Below are positions 51,701 to 60,380 of a DNA stretch of 64,000 bases, piece by piece. The notes under the pieces are model-generated. The model was not told the origin of the DNA, did no database searches, and saw only the letters and a program-made list of their open reading frames with translations. The position numbers were made by a program, and so were the translations under genes. Position 1 is the stretch's first letter. Every line of letters begins with the position of its first letter. The DNA lies in the NCBI GenBank assembly GCA_001687465.1, contig LVLI01000308.1:1-64000 (forward strand), written 5' to 3'. Origin of the DNA: Halocafeteria seosinensis (taxonomy: Eukaryota).

Positions 51701-54700
51701 TGGAAGGGGTCCATGAGTTGGTCGCTTGCGAAAGCGCCACGTTCGAGGGTAATATTTTCGGATGCACGCTACCTTCTGCAGAAAACTTCAATCCCTTAGC
51801 AAATGTCGACGACGAAACATGCGGTCCTAGTCTTCCTCAAGGCTGCACCTATCCAATAGCGGTGAATTTTGATCCAAGCGCTAAAGGGAATGACGGCTCA
51901 TGCTTGCTAGCATCTAACCATAGATTGGGTTGTACTTGTCCAACATCGCGCAATTTTGATCTCGCGGCGACATTGGACGATGGTAACTGCGTCCCTTTAA
52001 CAACCGGTTGTACATATCAAAATGCAAACGTAAGTTTCATCGGTGTGTTTTGTGTGTGTGTGATCTGTAAAGTGTATCTATTGTCTACCTCGCAGAACTT
52101 TGAGCTTTTTGCGGAGAGAGATGACGGTAGCTGTGAATTCTTGGGCGCAAATGCCTCCACTGTGAGTTTGGCAGCTCATAGATCCGTCGTGCTTGATTTT
52201 GAACAATTCCGGGAACGAGCCGACCTTCGGAGACGCATTGCTGCTGAACTGACAAATGAAACCAATGTTCTCCTTGCACGAGATCCTGGATTTGTTCCCG
52301 ATGAAGGTATAGAATGTGACTTCGAGGAAGCCTGTATTTCAGGTTTTTGCGAGAACGGATACTGTGCTTCTCCATCGTGTTCTGATGGTATCCTCAATTT
52401 TGCCTTTGAGACCGATATAGATTGTGGCGGTGCTCTTTGTCCCGAACAATGCTCTCCGGGCAATCAGTGCCTGATTGATAGGGATTGTGCTTTCAACGGA
52501 TCTTGTGAAAACTCAACTTGCAAGGTAGGATTTGGCTTCCCTTGTCACTTCGATTCGCACTGTCTCTCGGAACATTGCGATCCCGATCCTCTAACATGTA
52601 CATACATTAAGAGCTGCTTCGATGCGGTGCATAATGGAAACGAAACCGATGTTGATTGCGGTGGTATCGATTGTGCTCCGTGCCCTATTGGAAAGGACTG
52701 CATGTTTGACACGGATTGTCTCAGCGGAGAGTGCTTATTCGGCACTTGCGTCCAAGCTACTCCGACTCCAACCCCAACTTCATCTGTAACTGCCACCCCT
52801 TCGGTGACTGCTTCGACTACTACTACGGCAACTGTCGGTACTTCTCCAACTCCAACCTCCAGCGTGACTCCCACTCTCACTCCTAGTGGGACCCCTTCAA
52901 GGACACCGGGGGCTACTATCAAGCTATCATTTTTCGCCCCCAAATTCCCTGCCTTCCACAATGGTATTTCAGGATCCTCTCCGTTTATTGTCATGGCAAT
53001 TTTTAATGTGGAAATAACTAACCCGGAACTGGGTCCAGATGATTTTGATTCTACGTGCATAGATATATTCGATGACACTTGGATCGAAGTCAGAGCCAAC
53101 CTAACGTTTTCTTTCACCGCGCAAATTCAGAAGGACTGCCCTCGTGATGCCACCCTTACCCTACCGAGATTCGCAGCCGGCTCCACGCATGATGTTTCAG
53201 ATGTGTTGAGGTCGCGCTTTACGGGGGAGATATCTCCATCCCCAACCCCTACGGCATCTGTCACTGCCAACTCTACTACGACACCAACTGTTTCTCCGAC
53301 TCCGACTTCGTCCATGACCCCGTTGGAAGTGAATCTGGTCGCCATAGGAAACTCCCAAAGTGCACCGTTGAATGCTGATCCTCTGTCTTTCGTTCTTACA
53401 TCAAACTATGAATTGGTGAACCTCAATCCATCTTCGTTTAAGGTAAGCGTAGATGGCTCCTCGACTGGTGAAGAACGAGTATCGCAGGTCTTACCAATGC
53501 AAAGCGAGAACACCTGGCTTGTGAAGCTTGATCATCTAGAAGCAGGCATCGTAATACTAACGCTACCAGCTTCTTCAGTTGAGGATACTCGAGGTCTCAC
53601 GTTGACGAAGGATGTTACAGCCTCAGCCTGGTACAATGCTGTGAATCCGCAAATTCAGCTATTCGCTCCAATCGGTGAGAACGAGGGATGGAAGGATCAG
53701 ATCTTCGATGTGATACTCAACGTATCTAAACCCGTCAAACTCACAGTGGATTCAGTCAAGCGTGACTTCCCTGGGCGGTTTCTAGACCACAACGATCCTG
53801 CTTTTGATTTCCAGAATGCAGAACTATCATGGATTGCTCCTCTGCTCTCCACTTCGTCAGGGGCAACGTATGCGGATGGCTCTCCTGTCGTTTTCGATAG
53901 TGTGTCCCTTAGAAAAACTGTGTCATCTCCATTTCCGGACGGGACTATGTTCCACGTACGGGCGGACGTGTCTCAGCAAAGGGAAGGTCCCGTTTCTTTG
54001 AAGTTTCTTCCGCCGCTTTTCTCGGATGTATCGGGGAATCGATTAGCTGAAAGCAAAACGTTTGAGTTCATCAGGGACGTTGAAGGACCTCGGATAAATG
54101 CAACGTTACACTCCATTGAATTTCCGTTGATCAAGATCGTATTGTCAGGTCATGAACCAATGAAGTTTACGAACGGAACTGCTGTAGAATACCGTGGTTG
54201 CGATGAAGGTGACACTTGCTCGCAAGATTCTATCATTGATATGCAGGGCTACGATGAGCTTGCCCCACTCCCCATAAGGAACCAGCATATCTTGGAAGCG
54301 GACGTTAGTGAAAGGCCCAACGACTACAGCATGGGCGTGTTTATTGTTGGTGGAGTCTTACAAGATCGCTTCGAAAACCCCAGTGAGCAATCATCTTTCC
54401 CCGGTATGTTGAATCTGGAGAAGTGGCCGCTATCCTTCTTTGGTAACGAGGGTGGATTCTCGAGCTACGTAGTCTTTACCGTCGCGCTAGGGCGTACCAC
54501 GCTCGACGATCTCGCTGCTCCGACCCTGGGACAGGTGGTTGATATTACTGCTTCTGGAAGTGTGTTGCTTTCCCGAGGTCGATTAGCAGTAAAAGATCTT
54601 ACTGAGCGTGCCAGCAAGCTCCATCCTACTTCCACAATTACGTTTGTTCACCGCGATGTTTCCGTTTCTTCCCTCAGGCAACTTGACGAGGTCAGCGAAG

Positions 54701-55290
54701 TACCGCTTGAAGAGAAGACCAAATCCAATATTGAAACAAGGCTTCTCAGGGATCTTCGCGCCTTCCTTCCGACTCAACTCACCGCAGCGGGTATCGCCAA
54801 TGGTAGTGATCTGGTGACGGTGGAGGATGTGATGGCCGTAGGGTTTCCGGACGCTATTCCACCTGCGGCTGCCACCAAAGAAACAGCCAGCACCAGTATG
54901 GTTGCATCTACTTCTGCCCTTGGTGCCGCGCTACTCTTTGTCATAGCTGCGGCTCTAGCTATGTATGTCATACGGAAAAAGAGGGCGTCGAAATTGCGAC
55001 AGAATTATTTTACTCAGGATAATTTAGCGTTTGACCGGCCAGGTATAGCTGGAAAGGTGACCAGAGTGATCGACGACACCGTCCCTGTGAGCGATAATAA
55101 AGATCACGGGAGCGCTCTAAAGGATGATATCAGCGAAGAATCCGATGAAGCTGCGGAAAGGGATGTATATGATGAAGATTTCGAATGCAATCTGCGCGAA
55201 GAGGTTTCTGAAGAAGAGGAAGAGGCGGAAGGCGTACCGGAAGTGAAGACGTCGGACAAAAACCATGCTAGAGTCCGTCCCTTGGAGTAA
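21767..55290 (+). CDS. Giant (~11,060 aa) type I membrane protein: signal-like segment, LRRs, Thr/Ser/Pro stalk, ~27 Gly-rich modules, Cys-rich repeats, Ig-like domains, TM helix, acidic tail
   Basis: Predicted exons 21767-22053, 22131-22220, 22293-22367, 22431-22514, 22578-52029 and 52096-55290 sum to 33,183 nt and stay in frame. Signal-like FFILILLVASFSALVGVEG; TM ALGAALLFVIAAALAMYVI (54916-54972) followed by RKKR. The start codon is uncertain. Confidence 0.9.
22702..23019 (+). repeat. Mucin-like Thr/Ser/Pro low-complexity repeats (TGTPSxT)
   Basis: TPTPSPTGTPTSSQSSTGTPSNTGTPTQT... Similar tracts occur at about 52756-52918 and 53235-53320. Confidence 0.9.
23220..51260 (+). repeat. About 27 diverged tandem protein modules (~350 aa each): GGxxGG...CG...GxGG...GGGSGGSI...GGRI...GxAGT
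   Basis: I counted 27 G[GS/A]GGR[IVLM]-type motifs, each preceded by a GGG[SA]GG[ST]-type motif and mostly followed by GxxGT. Confidence 0.85.
35062..35268 (+). repeat. Recent 69-bp (23-aa) in-frame tandem triplication
   Basis: Units start at 35062, 35131 and 35200: EGSVNVVHRSTVNIVNVAEFHSI / EGSVTVGHRSTMNIVNVSEFHSI / EGSVTVGDRSIMNIVNVVEFHSK. Confidence 0.95.
51760..52752 (+). repeat. Four GCTxPxAxN[FY]xPxAxxDDG[ST]C-type repeats followed by two ETDxDCGG Cys-rich repeats
   Basis: Translation after removing intron 52030-52095. The same set is present in the paralog. Confidence 0.9.
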
Positions 55291-56918
55291 CGGATTCAAT
55301 ATTTACACAAATCATTTCGCTGTGTCTTTTTTTGTTGTTCTAAGGTAGAACTTTTATACTCGTATTGCTGTATCGATTAAATGATGTATCAGTTTGTTTA
55401 TCGCATCTACTCTCTATCTACACGCTCCGTTTATTTTCATTGCAATTTTCAATGTGAAATTGAATACCGGTGGTGAAAATGTCCTTCGCTCATTTTTGGC
55501 TCGTGGTGAGCATCGCACCCAACGAGTGCACAAATATATTCACTAATTGAAGACGTATCTGGGGAATATTTCATGCGCTTCCGGAAGTTGCAATGAAGGG
55601 TGTACGACGATGAACAAACTGCTAAGTTAGTGGATTTTTTGAATGTTCACCGGGACCATTAGTGCAAGAAAAAAGATTTGAAACTAACCGTGTAGATCGA
55701 ATTTAACAGAATTCCATAATCCGGGACTGGGAGTAAATACTCCAACTACGCTTACTGTAAGACAGCCTGTGGTGGTTGTGACACACTCGGCATCCTGGAG
55801 GACCTGGACTCGCTATGAGCTGTGACAAGGGCTAAAAAATGCGGTGGTAAGCGTCATTAAGTTAGTCCCACTTGATCGTATATCATACCGTAGCCACTTT
55901 CACTCACGGAAGTTAACTAGGAGTAGCGCGGCCAACTTTCCGTAGTCTTACCAAACAAGGGTATTTTTACTTTTTGCGGAATAGTTGTCAGCAATCCTTC
56001 CATAAGGGTAAGGTTGTTTTACCATATAGACGGCACCATAACGCATATGGGAAGAATGATCTGGATACGCTTTCTGGGCAACCTCCAGGAATTTTAGCCT
56101 ACAATTTGTAGGTTATGGATGTTAACACTAGGCATTTCTTTGATACAGATGAGTGGCTCAACAGGGAATGTGTGCTGGTGTAGCCCTTGTTTAGTATTTG
56201 CGCAGATATCGGATCCAATGCTCATTCAACAATTCCTGAAGGCGCGTCTGGCATTGGGAAATCTGGCAAATTATACAGGTACTACAGAGGACGGATGTTG
56301 TATGTCCGTTACATCTGAGAGGAATAAAACGCTTCAGCCATTGTCGCTCGAAGATTCTAGATCGATAGCGGTGTTGTACACATGTACCTTCGTCTCCGAC
56401 AACTTCTCGCTGCGTGTTCTCTCATTGTAGCGCAGATTTTTCACGCGACTATAGCATAGCAGTCGGGGCTAGTTTGACTTTCCCCGGCCAATTAGTTGCA
56501 GTGCTCCAGCAAGGCGGTTCGCTGCAGTGAAATGACGAATGGGAGCAAACCGGTGGGCCACGGTCTGCTGTTTTTGGGTCAGCGAGTGTGACAGGCATAC
56601 TAACAGGCTCAGCAGGCTGGGTTCTTCACCTCACAGATTATCGAAGACCAATTATGCTTCTATCGCTCTTAGCATAAGTGGAGTATCCAAGGTAGGCATT
56701 ACCATACTCGTAGGTGAAGATAGTATGTGCGCGTCGTATTCTATTGATTCATAGGTTTTGGTAAACTACTTATCCAAGACGAAAGCCGAGCCCCGGGGAC
56801 GCGAGAGTCTAGACTCCTGCGTCTTCATTCTTCAAAGTGAATAGATGTTCCTTCTAGTTCTGACCTGACTCATTCAACGACATTGAAGCATCACTCCACG
56901 CAGTGACATACCATTCTC

Positions 56919-57569
56919 TTACAATTCCCAAGGAGAAATTACGAAAACAAAGAGTATAAGGATGACAAGCTGGGCGAGGGCAAGGATCGCAAGTAAGTTC
57001 CCCGGTAAGGATACATTGTCCATCATCCAATCCTCCTCATAAAGCATTACTCTACACTGTGTTTTGTTGGATCGAATCGCTCGGGCAGCCAAAAAGTTCC
57101 GCTGTTCAACACTCACTATCGATAGTTCTTGAGTATCGTTTATCGAAATAGAGAAGAACCGGTTGGCGTAGTTTCCGGAAAGCTCGGGAACTTTGATCAA
57201 CGGCAGACACTTATCCCCCAATCTGCTGAGTTTGCACCGATTGTATATCGTTACAAAAAGCGTATCTAGTGAAGAAAGCGTCGCAATGCTCAGCAGTGAT
57301 ATACGAACGATCTTAAATGTCCCCTCGCTATTAAGTAACGCTATTATGCAAGCAACTACGAGGTTCACCAGAAGGAGGTCATTGAGAGCGTTGTCAGGGA
57401 TATACGGGGCGATCTTCGTTTTGTAGGTTCTGCCGCAGCTTGCAACCCTCAATCGAGTGAGCCACAAGCAGAAGAAGGGGGAGTCGGTGTCGGTTTTGTC
57501 GTTAAGAGTGGACCGATCCAGCTCGTTCAAATACCGCAAAGGAGTTTGATATCCTATTTGCCCATCCAA
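56919..57569 (-). CDS. Hypothetical membrane protein (possibly a fragment or exon)
   Basis: 216-codon ORF with 2-3 hydrophobic segments. It ends at tt|gtaag, a possible splice donor. Confidence 0.35.
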   Translation of the reverse strand: MDGQIGYQTPLRYLNELDRSTLNDKTDTDSPFFCLWLTRLRVASCGRTYKTKIAPYIPDNALNDLLLVNLVVACIIALLNSEGTFKIVRISLLSIATLSSLDTLFVTIYNRCKLSRLGDKCLPLIKVPELSGNYANRFFSISINDTQELSIVSVEQRNFLAARAIRSNKTQCRVMLYEEDWMMDNVSLPGNLLAILALAQLVILILFVFVISPWEL

Positions 57570-57690
57570 ATGCCTCCAGGCAGCTACGCTGATAGCCTAT
57601 GTGCTCGACAGACGTCCGTGTGCCTGCTTTCTCCTCTGCCAGAAGCAGGTCCTGATTGGTGTCTGAGTCCTGAACCTTAACTACTCAAAG

Positions 57691-57755
57691 GCTCCTCGTT
57701 AAGAGGATGTGGTCAACTTCCCGGCCGGTGGGCTATCTGTCACATTTGTGTGTGT
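57691..57755 (+). mobile_element. 65-bp 5'-truncated family A insertion with 8-9 bp TSD
   Basis: Matches 200-264. (t)actcaaag lies at 57682-57690 and again at 57755-57763. Confidence 0.9.
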
Positions 57756-58669
57756 ACTCAAAGATGTCACCGACACCTAAATACCACTCGCATTTATTTA
57801 ATACAATCGACTTACATTGGGCATTTTTCGTTGCCGTGTCGATCAATGTGTATCCAAGATCCGTCAATAGTGAGCTGCTGTAGTGATTCACAACACACTC
57901 CCCTACAAGTTGTATACAACCACAGTGTCAAGGCAGCCATTTCGCGCCCCTGTGCCCTCTCCAATACGTTGAGGTGGGAGCGAAGAGTCTAAGGTGTATG
58001 GAGACGTTTTCACCTTTAACCCTCTCAATAGCGATCGAAATGCTTTATTCGTATCCAAGACGCTCTGAAAGGATACGTGTGAAGAACCACATACTCACAA
58101 AGAGTCCGAGTGTTGGTGAGCGCAGGGGTAGGCAATGCAGGAGGGCCCTGGGAAGATCTTCGACGGCGTGAAGATCCCCCAACTACATTTCCACTTAGCC
58201 GGTAGGCCATAAATAATACATACTACTACTATCGAAATAGGCTACTTAGGTTCATTTTACATTACTTCTGAGTTTTGCCAATCTGGCCACACGGGGTGTC
58301 GTGCAGTGTACCGGCACGGTGTGTCCCAACACTGTACAACCGGTAGAAGATCATCCCGTTGTGTATGTTGCTGGCCCCAAATCGATGTTTCGGGATGGAA
58401 ATGGTACCACCTCGGTCTTCAATTTTCTTAAATGCAAGAAATTATAGACAACACGGATTAACAATGCGTTGTTAATTCCTCGCCGAACCCCGGGACAAAC
58501 TGTGATGGAGGCGAATGGAGCCCTATCACCTCACCGCAAAACATAGCACGACCATCGGACGGCACAGGTATCGTATTCCTGGGAAACCTGTAAGGCAATG
58601 AACAATTTCAGGAAAACAGACCCACACTTGATAACCCCAAATTGGCGGCATTAAAAGAAGCATGGACAG

Positions 58670-59427
58670 TAGTAGTCCTACAGCCCACGGGGCCAGAGCA
58701 GCTGCGTGGCTATACGCAGCACCAGGAAAGGATTTATACAACCGACGCCGAGTACATGGTAGCACTGTGTCGACGCCAAGCGCTCCCCCAAACTAGCTGT
58801 TTATGGGGTCATCCGGTGAATGCTGTGGAGAAGGGCCGATCGACGAGCTGCTGCACCACGCACTGGGATGCGGCAAAGAAGGGAACGCCACGCAAAGGAT
58901 CCGCCGTCATGACAGGATAGCAGTGGAACTGGAGAACTACATCCGCATGAGTCAAATGCCAGTGGAGAGAGAGGTGCTCGTAGACCCACGAAACGAAGGA
59001 GAAGCGAGGCCAGTTATGGACCTGGTAGCAAAAGGCCCAACGAGCACAGTTTATGTCGGTGTGACAGTGCCAAACCCACTCACAAGAGACAGACTAGCCA
59101 GGACAGCGGGGGAAGACCCCTCACCATCGCGGCAGAATCGAAGATGAAACGGACAAAATACGGACATCTGAGGGATCACCACACGGAAATTATTCCGTTC
59201 ACGAGAGAGGCGACGGGCGGCTTCGGGGAAGACGCGATCAAATTTTTCAAGAGAATTGCCAGGAAAGCACCGGTCCCCGGTGCTTTCGGGGAACAAGCGA
59301 GATGCGGAACTTTCGAAAGCTGATGGCAAACAAACTGTCTGTCACGTTGTGAAGATGTTGGAGCGGTTCCGCCTAGCATAGCCTCTAGACTACACGTCTT
59401 CCTGTAGGAGCAATACTAATACACACA
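58670..59427 (+). mobile_element. 5'-truncated, frameshifted CRE-like non-LTR retrotransposon (Zn knuckle + restriction-like endonuclease), family B
   Basis: Across frames: AAAWLYAAP, EYMVALCRR, CCG...HHALGC...RIRRHDRI, DLV...VTVPNP, KRTKYG, IIPF..E.TGGFGEDA. Ends in taatacacac. Confidence 0.8.
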
Positions 59428-60380
59428 ACTGTGACTAGAGCTTCTAGTCTTCTAGCATTTCCCCGAGTGGTGAGCCACTGTGTGACTTCCTGTTCCCCAT
59501 AGTGGGCTTCCTTGCGAGACCCGGGCGGTATTCTGTGGCAAAGTTACCGTACAACATAAAAATCGTGGTCTCTCTGATTGCTAAGCCGAGTCCTCAAAGC
59601 AAGCAATGGGGGCACAGGTCCATGTTGTGTGGGTACCCCAGTACAAAACGCGACTAGTGTACAGTAGATAGGCTGTACTTATAGAGTCACTGGGAAATTG
59701 CCGTCCCGAACTGGAGATGTTCTCCCCATCTCCCACGGAAATTCCTGTAAGGACAGGAACATTCAGATAATTCCAGGCTATTGGGGGAAACTACCAGTCC
59801 TGGTTTTGTGACACCCTTCCAAATTTGTGTTCTCAATCAGTGACCGGTTCCATGCTAGATTGAATGGAAGAAGAATTGCTATTTGACACGGAGTCTCTGA
59901 AATATTTTAATGACTTCGCCCCGATATTCCTACCACAGGGCATCCCCAGGTCGTCGTCTGTCCACACGTGGGTATATGGGGACCAGAGAGGCTGTTGGAA
60001 CCATCCTAATAGGACAGGGCACTTTCCAATGGCTACGGAGTGGAGAACTAGATATATGAAAAACTGCCGGAAAGTAATGATGACTAAGTTGTCTATACCA
60101 TTGATACACCAGGTTTCTTCCGGTACAAATAATTCGCGCAGTTTTCGAAATTGCTTCAAGACATCCAAAACAATTATTGCACAATTTTCTGATGCCTGGA
60201 TTGATCGGCAGAGGCAGAAACTCGAGAGGTAGTACATGTATGTTATACATTGTAATTGTACCGTCTTAGAAAACGGGTGTAAGATATTCTGATGGTTTTA
60301 TGGGTTGGTTACATCCGTTTTTCACTAACAAAGGATACAAAAGGCATTGACACATAAGAATTATTTTAACAAGCTAGAAT

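Noticed and set aside
52030..52095. Internal TM helix VSFIGVFCVCVICKVYLL
   Set aside because: It is best explained as a translated intron: it has splice signals, the repeat is restored on removal, and the paralog has an intron at the same site.
22552..55290. Giant ORF as PKS/NRPS, collagen or PE-PGRS; ORF-track start at 22552
   Set aside because: No KS/A/C/ACP motifs, no Gly-X-Y register and no PE domain. The ATG at 22552 lies inside predicted intron 22515-22577.
15739..55290. Functional cluster of CD36, CPT2 and the giant protein (phagocytosis/lipid uptake)
   Set aside because: Eukaryotic gene adjacency alone is not evidence, and no shared regulatory signal was seen.
23931..55299. Dozens of Pro-rich antisense and alternate-frame ORFs within the giant gene
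   Set aside because: They are shadows of GGN glycine codons (poly-Pro on the reverse strand), with no independent coding signal.
13290..59670. Other TACAGTA/TACTGTA heptamers as transposon footprints
   Set aside because: Several are expected by chance in 64 kb. Only 889-895 has an internal alignment showing an insertion.
59560..60232. Broken reading frames and a 122-aa ORF, possibly a pseudogene
   Set aside because: No convincing family motif, and the frames are interrupted by stops.
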